A stretch of 64,000 nucleotides of DNA from Squalus acanthias (lineage: Eukaryota), in the NCBI GenBank assembly GCA_030390025.1, contig CM059431.1, positions 104,038,001 through 104,102,000 on the forward strand, read 5' to 3'. A model generated the notes under the pieces. The model was not told where the DNA came from. It made no database searches and saw only the letters and a list, made by a program, of their open reading frames with translations. The first letter of the stretch is position 1, and every line of letters starts with the position of its first letter. The position numbers were made by a program, and so were the translations under genes. Of this stretch, positions 48,270-61,926 are shown in pieces.

Positions 48270-49575
48270 TTCCATTGGCATTGAGCTCCTTGGATGAGAG
48301 AACAGTTGAAGATTTTTTGAAGGTACCACAAGAAGTGATTTGGGAAAAGAATTCCAGAGGGCAGGAGTGTAATGGGTGCAAGATTGTCTTCTAATGGTAG
48401 AGCAGAGGGGTCCAAGAACATAGAGTGAGCTGGAGTCAGACTAATGGAGGGTTTGTGCTGGGGCATCTGCCTATAGATGATTTCCCAAAAAAGGGCATAC
48501 AGGCGTGGAAGAATTTGAAATAGAGCCTTCAACACGGTGGCATAGTGGTTAGCACTGGTGCTTCACAGCGCCAGGGACCCAGGTTCAAATCTGACCTCGG
48601 GTGACTGTCTGTGTGGAGTTTGCACATTCTCCCCGTGTCTGCGTGGGTTTCCTCCGGGTGCTCCGGTTTCCTCCCACAGTCCAAAAATGTGCGGGTTAGG
48701 TTGATTTGGCTATGATAAATTGACCCTTAGTGTTAGGGGGGGATTAAATATGTGGAGTTATGGGGATAGGATGGGATATGTTCGGGAGAATTAAATACGC
48801 GGGGGTAGGGTGGGATATGTGTACTGTGGGGATTAAAGCAGGGGACAGGGTACTGGATTTGGATGATCAGCCATGATCGTATTGAATGGTGGAGCAGGCT
48901 CGACGGGCCGAATGGCCTACTCCTGCTCCTAGATTCTATGTTTCTAAATTGATCTGCTGGGATACAGGATGCCAGTGTAGCTGGGCAAGGATATGGGTGA
49001 TGGGTGTGCAGAACATTATCCAGGAGAAGACTCAGACTGCAGCCTATGTAAAAAGGGTGGAAGCTGGAAGGCTGATACCTTTCTGATCAGGATTTTTGAT
49101 TCACTCCTCCTAACCTCTCCCTCCAAGACTTGATAACTGTTTCCCTGTCTATTTCCATTTGCAAATTGTTTTGGAACATTTATTACTTTAAAGTCACTAC
49201 AGAAATTCCAGTTCATCTTGATCAACACATTTAAGAAGTCATTGTTTAAGGTGGTGAAGGTGTGGATTGAGGATTGCGGGAGTCTAGGCAGTGAGGTAGG
49301 GGTATCAGCCAGCGGTGCTCTGAGGTTTGTAAAAGGTGGCGTTGAAAACTCATTTCAGGGTTGCGCTGAGGTTACACATCACCAGCTTCAGCCGGGGTTT
49401 GACCAGAAGCACAAGGAATGCAGGCAAGAGCTGAACAGAATAACTTCAGATTAGCCGATGCTGAACTACAGGAAGTTTCATCTCATTCATCACTTGATGT
49501 CAGACAGGCGTTCAAATAGTACAGCAACGCCTCTGAACACAAAGGTTGTGACAGATAGGTGGAACTAGGTTTCAC
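48270..49575 (-). mobile_element. Old, decayed L2-like fragment interrupted by a V-SINE
   Basis: Remnant GATGCCAGTGTAGCTGGGCAAGGATATGGGTGATGGG (ITPxLAxLHW on the minus strand). Confidence 0.55.
48533..48946 (+). mobile_element. HE1-like V-SINE with the tail of the young CR1 family
   Basis: A/B boxes and V-domain; 48837-48946 matches the CR1 3' end at 5187-5290. Confidence 0.9.
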
Positions 49576-49884
49576 GAAGCACAAAATTTAGGCCGACACT
49601 TCAGTGCAGTACTGAATACTAGTTCGTTCGACAGACTCACAACCCCCGATGTACAAAAGCTTCTGCTGCTCTCTGCCCTAAATTTCTTACATTTAGTCTT
49701 GTATCCCCGCCCCCTCACAAAAGAACCCTCAACTACTGGAAACAGCCTGTTTCTGTCTACCTTGTCCCAGCCCTTCATAATTTTAAACCCCTCTATCAAA
49801 TCACACCATAATCTTCCCATAGCGTGGAGCCCAAAACTACACATAGTACTCTAACTGTAGTGTTACTAAAGTTTTATATCGATT

Positions 49885-50245
49885 CAGGTTTTGATAGAGT
49901 GGATACAGAGAGAGTGCTTCCACTTGTGGGGAAGAGCATAACTAGAGGCCATCAATATAAGATAGTCACCAAGAAATCCAATAGGGAATTCAAAAGAAAC
50001 TTCTTTACCCAAAGAGTGGTGAGAATGTGGAACTCACTACCGCAGGGAGTGGTTGAATCGAATAGTATAGATGCATTTAAGGGGAGGCTAGATAAGCAAA
50101 TGAAAGAGAAGGCAATAGAGGGTTATGCTGATAGATTTAGATGAGGAAAGATGGGAGGAGGCTTGAGTGGAACATAAACGCCGGCATGGACTGGTTGGGC
50201 CGAATGGCCTGTTTCTGTGCCGTATATCCTATGTAATCCTATGTA
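49885..50245 (+). mobile_element. CR1 3' fragment
   Basis: FFTQRVVRMWNSLP; (ATCCTATGTA)n tail. Confidence 0.85.
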
Positions 50246-50271
50246 AACCATTACACCTCAACTTTCATATT

Positions 50272-50610
50272 CTGTCGGACGTGCCGTCTTTTGGATGAGA
50301 TGTTAAACCGAGTTTTCCCTCTCGGGTGGACGTACAAGATCCCATGACACTATTTGAAGAAGAGCAGAGTTCTCCCCGGTGTCCTGGGCCATTATTTATC
50401 CCTCAACCTACATCACTTAAAAACAGATTATCTGGTCATTATCGCATTGCTGTTTGTGGGAGCTTGCTGTGCGCAAATTGGCTGCCCCGTTTCCCTACAT
50501 TACAACAGTGACTACACTTCAAAAGTACTTCATTGGCTGTAAAGCGCAAAAGGACGTCCTGAGGTCGTGAAAGGTGCTATATAAATGCAAGTATTTCTTT
50601 CTTTCCTTCT
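50272..50610 (+). mobile_element. Deu-SINE, 5'-truncated
   Basis: Deu core and tail. Confidence 0.85.
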
Positions 50611-50671
50611 TTACAATGCCTTCAGATGATGTTGCTAAGAAGTAGCATGTGGATGGTGAATAGTGCTGTCA

Positions 50672-51331
50672 ACAGTTTTGGTCTCCTTATCTGAGAAAGG
50701 ACATGCTGCCTTGGAGGTGGTGCAATGAAGGTTCACTAGACTGATTCCTGGGAAGAGAGATTTGTCCTATGAGGAGAGATTGAGTAGAATGGGCCTATAC
50801 TCTCTGGAATTTAGAAGAATGAGAGGTGATCTCATTGAAGCATATAAGATTCCAAGGGGGATTAACCGGGTAGATGCTGAGAGGTTGATTCCCCTGGCTG
50901 GAGAGTCTAGAATCACAGAATCACAGAATCCCCACAGTGCAGATAGAGGCCATTTCGGCCCATCGAGCCTGCACCGACACATATCCCACCCTATCCCCGT
51001 AACCCCACGTATTTAATCCCCCTAACACTAAGAATCAGGGGGCATAGTCTCAGGATAAGGGGTCGGCCATTTAGGACTGAGTTGAGGAGGAATTTCTTCA
51101 CTCAGAGGGTTGTGAATCTTTGGAATTCTCTGCCCCAAAGGGCTGTGGATGCTGAGTCATTGAGTATATTCAAGGCTGAGATCGATAGATTTTTGGTCTC
51201 TCGGGGAATCAAGGGATATGGAGATTGGGCGGGAAAGTGGAGTTGTGGTCGATGATCAGCCATGATCTTATTGAAAGGCGGAGCAGGCTCGAAGGGCCGT
51301 TGGCCTACTCTGCTCCTAATTCTTATGTTCT
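50672..51331 (+). mobile_element. CR1 3' fragment with a nested antisense V-SINE 3' piece (~50916-51030)
   Basis: CR1 resumes after the duplicated AGAATCA; the insert matches 38622-38732. Confidence 0.87.
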
Positions 51332-51734
51332 CCTGTAGTAGAAGATCAAGAACAGAGCTCTGGGTGAATGGAGCTCGTAAATACAGCATTTTAGTTTCTG
51401 TGTGATTGATTATACTGCTTAGGATGCATCCTATCATAAGCATCATTTTACACTGATTTTCTTTAGCTCATCTGTGAAAACAGTACATTAATAACAGCAA
51501 AATGATTAACCACAAAGTAGACTTGACAACAAATTTATCATCTTATTCTGTAATAATATTAAAGAGACAATGCAGTAGGCAAAAAATTGTTTATCTCAAT
51601 AATCTGATGAATGATTCCCTTGTTATTAACTAGGTACAGTGAAAATCAACATATCTCAGGGCAGCGCACTGGATGATTACCTCAAAATGTTCTGGGTTAA
51701 TAAACTGAAGGTGCAACCGTTGTCCCAATACATT

Positions 51735-52476
51735 GGGCCCGAGCTAGCTCGAAAAATAACGGTGTGTTAATGATGCACATCGATTTGCAAATCGGCCAGA
51801 AATTTCAGGGGATGGAGAGTGAATTGCAAATCTCCAGAACTTGTTGGTCGATTTACGCTGCTCCGCTCTTTGCTTCCCAAAATGGCATCTCGCCCTCAAC
51901 CTCCCTGTTATTTAAGTACTTGCTGAATTTGCAGACTAATTGTCCATTAAACTCGCTGCAGGAAGAGAAGTCTGGTCATTAACAGCATAAGTACCCTTTT
52001 AATGACGCGATGATTGTTATTGCAAGGTCAATCAACCTCTCCAGCCCAGAAATTGAATAATTTAAACTGCAGTCTCATTTCTTCAGGTAGTATATTGTTC
52101 TCAATGATTTTAAAAATGGCAAATTTACTTTGTTTTCAAACCTTTCCTTTTGATCTCTCTCTTTCTTAATCCAATCTTACTTTCCCTCTCTTTATTTCTC
52201 CTTCTGTACCTGACTTGACTCTAATTCACCCCATTTCCTTCTCCGTCATTCACTCTGTGTTTCTTTCTCAATCCTTTAATCTCATGGGTTAAGGAGACAG
52301 ACTGTTGGTCCCGTCATTCACCGAGGTCCCAGATGCCCCGCTGCCCTCGTCGCCCCGTTATCAGCTCGAACTCCCAGCAAGTTACGGCGAAAATTGTTTT
52401 TGAGCTGAAGAATGTAGAAAAAAGTCTCCCTAACAGGGCACGCAGAGAGATGCCCCTCTTCAGCAAGATCTGGCCC
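51735..52476. mobile_element. Harbinger-type MITE, family B, inverted and uninterrupted copy
   Basis: Interior is the reverse complement of 27500-28530; end GCAAGATCTGGCCC. Confidence 0.72.
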
Positions 52477-53391
52477 GATATTTAACGCAACGTGTAAACA
52501 CACAAGAACTGATGCCTAAGATTTGACTATGTAGAAAGATTTTTCTTGCAGACATTTAAAGGGAAACGATGACATTAAGAATAACACTGACAAGTAATTT
52601 TTTAAAACATTCTTTGGTGCAGGATCCACAGTAGTTTGGAGTGCTTTAATTTAAATAGTGTTTGAATGAGGTTAGAACAATTGCAGTCGCTCTTGTGTCC
52701 TTGTGATAGGAGACACCTGCCCTCTTTTAATTGAGAAGAGCTGCCATTCTCTGTATGTATCTGATCGATTCAGCTTCTAATTTCAACATTATTACAATCA
52801 ATTCTCATTACATCAGTTCTGTTAAATAATGAAGTTCATTGATTTCAAAATTGGTGGCGAGTTTTGAGATTAAATTACTAATATAATGCGTGGGAGATGT
52901 ATGAGTATCTCATGTCCTGGAAATAAATAAGTCTTGAGTGTTTGCCATAAAAGAAACAGTCGGCTTCATGCACTGAGTACAGACCATTGTGTAAACTGTT
53001 AGCAAAATCGGATAGACGCTGTACCCTTTAAACATAAAAAGAGTATTTCACCTAAAATAGCACCTCTACTGGGAAGGGACAAATGCATAACCATAAATTC
53101 TTGAATAAGGTATGTGTCATTGATCAGTTCTTAGGTAGCCCTCATGAAATTGCATTCAGGATGCTCTTAAGAATGGGTTGCTCACCATGAAAAATGTAAT
53201 CTTGCATATCTCTTAATGCTTTGAGGAATTCTAATGACCCCACTGCGGAGGAGGAGATGAATGGGCAGGTCGCTGCATTTCCACAGAAGGTCCAGGGCAT
53301 GGCAGCTGGAAGTAGGGGTGGTGGCTGAGTGAGGCAATGTGTCACGGAGCGAATGGTTTCTCCGAAAAGCGGGCGGGGGAGGGGAAGGTGC

Positions 53392-53632
53392 GCTGCTCCG
53401 ATTCTGGCCTCTTGCAGATCCCCGATTTTCGTCGCTCCACCATTGGTGGCCGTGCCTTCAGCCGCCGAGGCTCTACAATTCCCTCCCTAAACCTCTCTCT
53501 CTCTCCGCCTCTCTCTCCTCCTTTAAGATGCTTCTTCTAACCTACCTCTTTGACCAAGCTTTTGATCACCTGTCCTAATATCTCCTTATGTGGCTCGGTG
53601 TCAAATTTAGTTTGATAATCGCTCTTGTGAAG
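53392..53632 (+). mobile_element. L2 3' fragment
   Basis: Matches 14170-14400. Confidence 0.8.
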
Positions 53633-53644
53633 CAGCCGTAAAAG

Positions 53645-54612
53645 AGAGTCCCAAAGGCTGTGTTGCCTGCCCGGTGCCAGGGTTAAGGATATATCCTCAC
53701 GGCTGGAGAAGAACTAGGACTGGGACGGGGAGGATCCAGTTGTTGTGGTCCATATAGGAACCAACGACATAGGTGGAACTAAGAATGAGGTTCTGCTGAC
53801 TATTCACTTCAACCACTCCCTGTGGTAGCGAGTTCCACATTCTCACCACTCTTTGGGTAAAGAAGTTTCTTCTGAATTCCCTATTGGATTTCTTGGTGAC
53901 TATCTTATATTGATGGCCTCTAGTGATGCTCTTCCCCACAAGTGGAAACATTCTCTCTGTATCCACTCTATCAAAACCTTTCATAATTTTAAAGACCGCT
54001 ATTAAGTCACCCCTCAGCCTTCTATTTTCAAGGGAAAAGAGAGTTTGAAGCAGATTCATAGGGACAAGGGAACAGGATTAGGCCATTCAGCCCCTTGAGC
54101 CTGTTCTGCCATTCAATTAGATCGTGTCTGATCTGTATCTCAATTCCATCTCCCCCCTTTGGCTCCATAACCCTTAATACCCTCGCCTTGCAAACATCTA
54201 GCAATCTCAGTTTTGAAATTTCCAATTGACCTCCAGCCTCAGCAGCTTTTTGCGGGAGTGAGTTCCAGATTTCCACCACCCTCTGTGTGAAGAAGTGCTT
54301 CCTGACATCACCCCTGAATGGCCTGGCTCTAATTTTAAGGTTATGCCCCCTTGTTCTGGACTCCCCCCTCCAGAGGAAATAGTTTCTCTCGAACAACCCT
54401 GTCAACTCCTTTAATCATCTTAAACACCTCAATTAGATCGCCGCTTAATCTTCTATACTCAAAGGAATACAGGCCTATTCCATGCAACCTGCCCTCATAA
54501 TTTAACCCTTTAAGCCCCCGTATAATTTTTCTGGTGAATCTGTGCTGCACCCCCTCCAAGGCCAACATGTCCTTCCTGAGGTACGGTGCCCAGAACTGAA
54601 TGCAGTTCTCCA
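53645..54612. mobile_element. Cluster of CR1 fragments: ORF1 piece (+, 53645-53798) and two 3' pieces (-, 53803-54050 and 54058-54612)
   Basis: CCLPGARVKDI..VVVHIGTNDIG; RRLRGDLI and FFTQRVV motifs. Confidence 0.8.
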
Positions 54613-55416
54613 AAATTCAATGGAGACAGAGAAGTTGGGATAACGGGATGGGGTCTTCCCAAATTGCAGGTGGGAAGAAGCAGTCTCCAGGTAATTATGG
54701 GGGTCGGTGGGCTTATAATAATGTCAGTGGAAAGGCCAGCACTGGAGATCGAGAGAGAGAGAAGACCAAAAGGAGAAGGGTGAAGTCAGAGTGAATTATG
54801 AGTGGAAGTTGGAAGCATAGTTAATAAAATTCTTATTAGAGCAAGAAGCAGTACCCACGCAGTCATCCATGTAACAGAATAAGAGGACTGAGAGGAGTGC
54901 GAAGCAGGATTATAACAAAGAGTGTCCAACAATACCTCACAAGAAGACAGGCATAGCTGTGCCACATGCCAATTCCCATAATGATCCCTTTGTATCTGGA
55001 GCACGGGAGTGGAGTTAAGAGAGAAGCTGTTGAAGACAAGAACAAGTTCAGGCAGGCAGAGGAATGTGGTGGTGAACGGGGACTGGTTGGCCCACTGTAC
55101 AAGGAATACGTGGAGGACCCACGGGCTGTCAAGGTGAAGAGGAACTGAACATCCACAGTGAAAGGAAATCATTAAAGAGGCATTCTCGAATCTCCCCAGT
55201 CCTCCCACTTCCTTAGCTTTCTACACACCCTTTGTCTCTTTAATGTCATAATACTTCTATGAATTGACCGAGATGATGAGTCACACTATTCCACCCATTA
55301 TTCCCCTCTGTATTATATATATATTTGCCCCATCCCTTTGCTCCCTGTATTAATATGCATGTTTTGCCTCTTGTGTTTCAGTTCTGAAGGGCCCACACCC
55401 GAGATATCAACTCGTC

Positions 55417-55838
55417 TTTTTTTTTATTCGCTTATGGGGTGTGGGCGTCGCTGGCAAGGCCAGCATTTATTGCCCATCCCTAGTTGCCCTTGAGAAGGTG
55501 GTGGTGAGCCGCCTTCTTGAACCGCTGCAGTCCGTGTGGTGAAGGTACTCCCACAGTGCTGTTAGGGAGGGAGTTCCAGGATTTTGACCCAGCGACGATG
55601 AAGGATCAGCGATACACTTCCAAGTCGGGATGGTGTGTGACTTGGAGGGGAATTTGGAGGTGGTGGTGTTCCCATGCGCCTGCTGCCCTTGTCCTTCTAA
55701 GTGGAAGAGGTCACGGGTTTGGGAGGTGCTGTTGAAGAAGCCTTGGCGAGTTGCTGCAGTGCATCTTGTAGATGGTACACACTGCAGCCACGGTGCGCCG
55801 GTGGTGGAGGAAGTGAATGTTTAAGGTGGTGGATGGGG
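55417..55838 (-). mobile_element. Crack/Daphne-like LINE 3' fragment
   Basis: Near-identical to 1694-2115. Confidence 0.87.
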
Positions 55839-56481
55839 CGCCACAGGCGCTGTGTGCGTCTCCATCATGTTTTTTTGTTGTTTTTCTTTCCGCTTTTCGG
55901 CTTCTGTATAATTTTGCTGTTCCCATGTGGAATTTGGTGAGGACTTTGCTAACAGTTTGTGTTGTGTAGAATGTGTTTTTAACCATTCTTAACAACCAAT
56001 GAAGAATCAATTAAAAAAAAAGACAGCTTTTGAAGAGAGAATTTTAATGTATCTCTAATTGCACGAGTTGAAGCAGACTGAGCAGCAGGCCTGGAACTCG
56101 CTAAATGATCAATTGTTATTTGCTTAAGTGTCGAGGTCCAAGTTACTTTGTTCACTGGAGCTGATGATTTCCTCAGCTGTACCTTAAACTGAAACTCTAA
56201 TGCCAGCAACTCTGCAAATGAAACATGGCGAAATGTCCTTTACATGTCTTGAAGATACCTTTAATTAAGCTATAATTAAATAGAAATGAACAGCTGAAAA
56301 GAAAATGGTAGTGTGAGACGCTGACTGCCTGCAGTAATAATGAAACACAGTCCATTTTATCCTCGTCCCTCTCACTTCTTTTCATGCTGACTGAAGTAAG
56401 AATACAGATCAAAGGGGAGGAAAATATTTGATTTTATGAAACAAATTATTCTATTTTATTTGTTACATTAAAATAAGAAAG

Positions 56482-56965
56482 CAACAACAACATCTTGTAT
56501 TTATACGGCGCCTTTAACATAGTAAACCGTCCCAAGGCGCTTCACGGGAGCATTATCGGACAAAGTTTGACACCGAGCCACTCGAGGTATTAGGACGGGT
56601 GACCAAATGCTTAGTCAAAGGGGTGGGTTTTAAGGAGCGTCTTAAAGGTGGAGAGAGAGAGGTGGAAAAATTTAGGGAGGGAATTCCAGAGCTTAAGGCT
56701 CAGACAGCTGAAGCCACGGCCGCCAATGGTGGGGTGAAGGAAATCGGGAAGGAAATCGGGGGAGGCGCAAGAGACCAGAATTGGAGGAGCGCAGAGAGGC
56801 CATGGAGGGATTTTTGAACGCAAGGATGGGAATTATAAATTGAAGGCCTTGCTGGACCGGGAGCCAATGTAGGTCAGTGAGCACAGGGGGTGATGGGTTA
56901 ACGGGACTTGGGATGAGTTAGGATACGGGCAGCAGAGTTTTGGATGAACCCGAGTTTACGAAGGG
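56482..56965 (-). mobile_element. L2 3' fragment
   Basis: (AAC)n tail; LTDLHWLPV. Confidence 0.82.
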
Positions 56966-57221
56966 GTGGCATCGTATCCTAGCACATTTTTGTAGTTATT
57001 GTGTCGCAAAATGCTAAAATTGTCTAAGTTTACGATGTGCTTATTGTGATTTGTGAAATAATTTCAAATGGTTTATTAGATGTGCTACAAACAGTTACAG
57101 TGTGGCTCAGTGATTGTACGTGGGAAATGCTTTGCCCACTGCTTAAAAAAAAGCCACGATCTGAATTCAGTTGAATCCCAAAGGGCTATTAAACCCTTAT
57201 CTTAGCTGAATAAGTGTAAGC

Positions 57222-59704
57222 AAACTACATATAGATTGGGCTAACCAAATTAGTAACAATACTGTGGAGGAGGAATTCCTGGAGTGTATACGGGATGGTT
57301 TCCTGGACCAATATGTCGAGGAACCAACTAGAGACCAGGCCATCTTAGACTGGGTATTATGTAATGAGAAAGGATTAATTAGCAATCTTGTTGTGCGGGG
57401 CCCCTTGGGGCGGAGCGATCATAATATGATAGAATTCTTCATTAAGATGGAGAATGAAATAGTTGACTCAGAGACTAGGGTCCTGAATTTAAATAAAGGA
57501 AACTACGATGGCATGAGGCGCAAGTTGGGTAGGATAGATTGGGGAATGTTACTCAAAGGGTTGACGGTGGATAGGCAATGGCAAACATTCAAAGATCACA
57601 AGGATGAACTACAGAATTTGTTCATCCCTGTCTGGCATAAAAATAAAACAAAAAAGGTGACTCAACCATGGCTAACAAGGGAAATCAGGGATAGCATAAG
57701 ATCCAAGGAGAGGACATATAAATTGGCCAGAAAAAGCAGTAAACCTGAGGATTGGGAGCAGTTTAGGATTCAGCAAAGGAGGACAAAGGGATTAATTAAG
57801 AGGGGGAAAATAGAATACAAGCGTAAGCTTGCAGGGAACATAAAAACTGACTGTAAAAGCTTTTATAAATATGTGAAGAGAAAAAGATTGGTGAAGTCAA
57901 GTGTAGGTCCCTTGCAGTCAGAATCAGGGGAATTTATAATGGGGAACAAAGAAATGGCTGACTAATTAAATACATACTTTGGCTCTGTCTTCACAAAGGA
58001 GAACACAAATAACCTCCCAGAGATGTCGGGGAACATAGGGTCTAATGAGAAGGAAGAACTGAATGAAATCAGTATTTGTAGGGAAATGGTGTTAGGGAAA
58101 TTGATGGCATTAAAGGCCGATAAATCCCCAGGGCCTGATAATCTACATCCTAGGGTACTTAAGGAAGTGGCCCTAGAAATAGTAGGTGCATTGCTGGTCA
58201 TCTTTCAAAATTCTATAGACTCTGGAACAGTTGCCATGGATTGGAGGGTAGCTAATGTAACCCCACTATTTAAAAAAGGTGGTAAAGAAAAAACGGGGAA
58301 TTATAGACTGGTAAGCCTGACATTGGTTGTGGGGAAAATGCTAGAGTCCATTATAAAAGATGTAATAGCAGAGCACTTGGAAAACAATGACAGGATTGCA
58401 CAAAGTCAACATGGATTTACAAAAGGTAAATCGTGCTTGACTAATCTACTGGAATTTTTTGAGGATGTAACTGATAGAATAAATAAGGGAGAACCAGTGA
58501 ATGTGGTGTATTTGGAATTTCAGAAGGCTTTCGATAAGGTCCCGCATAAGAGATTAGCGTGTAAAGTTAAGGCACATGGGATTGGGGGCAAGGTACTGAC
58601 TTGGATAGAGAACTGGTTGGCAGACAGGAAGCAAAAAGTTGGAATAAACGGGTCTTTTTCCGAGTGGCAGGCAGTGACTAGTGGGGTTCCACGGGGATCT
58701 GTCCTAGGACCCCAGCTATTCACAATATATATAAATGATCTAGACGAGGGAACTAGATGTAAAATCTCCAAGTTTGCAGATGACACAAAGCTGGGTGGGC
58801 GTGTGTGCTGCGAGGAGGATGCCGAGAAACTCCAGTATGATTTGGACAGGTTGGGTGATTGGGCAGAAGCATGGCAGATGCAGTATAATGTGGATAAATG
58901 CGAGGTTATCCACTTTGGTGGCAAAAACAGAAAGGCAGATTATTATCTGAACGGCAATAGATTGGGAGAAGGGGAAGTGCAGCGAGACCTGGGTGTCCTT
59001 GTGCACCAGTCGCTGAAGGTAAGCATGCAGGTGCAGCAGGCGGTTAAGAAGGCAAATGGTATGTTGGCCTTCATAGCGAGAGGTTTGAGTACAGGAACAA
59101 GGATGTCTTGCTGCAGCTGTACAGGGCCTTGGTGAGACCACACCTTGAGTATTGTGTGCAGTTTTGGTCGCCTTATCTGAGGAAGGATGTTCTTGCCATG
59201 GAGGGTGTGCAGCGAAGATTCACCAGACTGATACCTGGGATGGCAGGAATGACGTACGAGGAGAGATTGGGTCGATTGGGCTTATACTCGCTGGAGTTTA
59301 GAAGAATGAGAGGAGATCTCATTGAAACTTATAAAATTCTAACAGGGCTAGACAGGCTGGATGCAGGAAGGATGTTCCCGGTGGCGGGTGAGTCCAGAAC
59401 AAGAGGTCACAGTCTAAAGATAAGAGGTAAGCCATTTAGGACAGAGATGAGGAGGAATTCCTTCACCCAGAGAGTGGTGAACCTATGGAATTCTCTACCA
59501 CAGAAGGCAGTTGAGGGCAAGTCAGTAAATATATTCAAGAAGGAGTTAGATATATTTCTTAAGGCTAAAGGTATCATGGGATATGGGGAGAAGGCAGGGA
59601 CAGGGTACTGATTTTGGATGATCAGCCATGATCTCATCGAATGGCGGAGCAGGCTCGAGGGGCCGAATGGCCTACTCCTGCTCCTATCTTCTATGTTTCT
59701 ATGT
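57222..59704 (+). mobile_element. 5'-truncated CR1 (2.5 kb), same young family as 23263-27495
   Basis: ORFs 57264-57965, 58023-59135 and 59108-59611 with one stop and one frameshift; CTATGTTT tail. Confidence 0.95.
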
Positions 59705-59720
59705 AACATTCAAAATTATA

Positions 59721-60467
59721 GGCCCGTAATTTCCGATAGGAGGCTTCCTGCGTGCGGATGTCTCCTATTGGGAAAAAATCGACGCCCTTACCTGAGGGCT
59801 CTCGAGGTCCGGCCATTTCCACTCCTGGGCCTCTCCACAGTCGAAATGCGCAGGGCCCACGTATCCCAGGGCGCAGGCGGTTTGCAAGCGTCCCTGGGAT
59901 CACGTGAGCCAGGCCAGCCAATGAAAGAAGGGAATCCCCCTTCATACTTTTGACAAATAGACCTGTCAAATATATGAATGGGGATCACTGAAAAAAATCA
60001 CATTTTTAAAATGAGTTCAAATTACATTAAATTAAATATTTTAAACAAAAATTTAATTTTTTGAAAAAAATAATTAAAGTTTTTTACGGGGCTAAAAATA
60101 AACTTACCTTTTTTAAAGTATTTTAAAATTATAAATGAGTGAAAAAAAAAAATTTTTAAACTTTTTTAAACTCTTATGCTGGTAAAAGTAGGTCTTACTC
60201 CTGCTTTTACCAGGCGTAAGATATTTAAGTGATTTCAGCAGGCGAAGGTTCTGCAGAAAGCGGAACTCCCCCCCCCCCCCCCCCCCACCCCCCGCCGCAG
60301 AGGCCCTTCTCCAGGGCAGGCGTCCAATCTGTCAAGAGGATTCTTGACAGATCGGAAATGCCAGTTTTCAGCGCATGCGCTTGGCATGCCTGAAACCAGC
60401 ATTTCTGACGTCCCTACTGTTGTGTACACAGCTCGTACACACCCATAGGCATCGGAAAATACGGGCC
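59721..60467. mobile_element. Harbinger-type MITE, family A, inverted copy
   Basis: TIRs GGCCCGTAATTTCCGAT / ATCGGAAAATACGGGCC; reverse complement of 2962-3769; TSD not intact. Confidence 0.8.
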
Positions 60468-60576
60468 AATGTTACCGAAGTTTTTATGTTTCCAGCTCCC
60501 ATTCAATGGTGTAACCTGTCTGACACTGATCAAACTAGTATCAAAAGCAGACAACTTAAAATCAAGGAGTGTTGGC

Positions 60577-61440
60577 ATACAAAAACAGGCCATTCGGCCC
60601 ATCAAGTCTGTGCCAGTATATATTTTTTTCACACCTCGTCTAATCTCACTTTCCTGCTCACACATCCTTTGATATTCCTCTTTATCAAGCAACCATTTAA
60701 TTCCATTAAAAAAAATTACCAATTCTCTTTCAATGTTGGCTTGTGGCAGAGGATTCCATTTTGTATTCACCCTCTGTGCAGACAATCATTCTACCCTTCC
60801 ATTTAATTGTTTCTGAGATTTTTTTAAATTGGCATCCTCTCATAACTATCTTTCAGCCAATGGAAATAATCTATCTTTAATGAACCATATATCTACACAC
60901 CAGGGCCCTTCTGTTCCTCTACAATAGTTACAATCTTGCCACTTAAGGTGCATTCCCTTCGTACATTCTCAAATGTATACCCAGACTTTTCTCTCATTTG
61001 AACTGCATCTGCCACCTCTCTGCCCATCCAACGAGGTCAGCTCCATCCTCCTGCAGTCTTTCACAGTCTTTGTCCCATTTTGTTTCGTGAGTCTATTTTG
61101 ATAGTATTCCCTCAACTCCTGTGTTCAGGTCAATTACGAATATAATAAATAAGACTAGTCTTAACATTGGCCCCTGTGGAAAACCACTGATTGTGCCTTT
61201 TGATTCTGAGCAAGTTCCCATTACCCCTTTGCTTTCTGCAACCCCCTAATTCCATGTGCCATTATTGCTGCCTTGAGCCCCTTATTAAATGTGTTTTGAA
61301 AATCCATATGAACCACCTCCATTATCTACCCTCATTATTATTTATTCCCAAGAATGCTGACAGCTTGGTCAAGCACAACCTGTCATGGTTAATTCAAGCT
61401 TCTCCAAGTGCTTAGTAATTTCATCTTGTATAATAGAATC
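60577..61440 (-). mobile_element. Old, decayed CR1
   Basis: 3' hairpin ACAGGCCATTCGGCCC; remnants of the QRV..WN, WQMQF and PQG motifs. Confidence 0.6.
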
Positions 61441-61926
61441 TCATATTCTTATAATTGGATATCAATAACTCATATAAACACTTCTCTGCCAAATCGGTCA
61501 TTTTCCAATCAATGCTAAAATAACAGTAAAAATTACCATTACAATTTTCATTAATAATAGATACTGTAGAAGGTACAACTTGAATATAGTTTGTGCATTA
61601 GTTGTTAAAAATATTGCTAAGGTACTATTTTCTGGTATAATGTGTAATTTCGCTCAGGGAATATCAAACTTGCCTCTGATCTAAAAGATTGTGGCTCAAA
61701 CCCCACTCTGAAGACTTAAGCACATATTCCAGTCTGACTCTTCAGTGCACTACTGAGGGAATACTGCATTCTGCGAAGTGCTGTCATTTGAATGCATTGT
61801 GAAACTGAGGCCCTTCTGCTTGTTTGGGTGAGCATTAAAGATCTCAGTGCATATTATTTGTAGGAGAGCAGGGATGTGTCCAAGTCTTCTGGCCAACATT
61901 CCTCCCATAAACAACACTAGCGGGGA

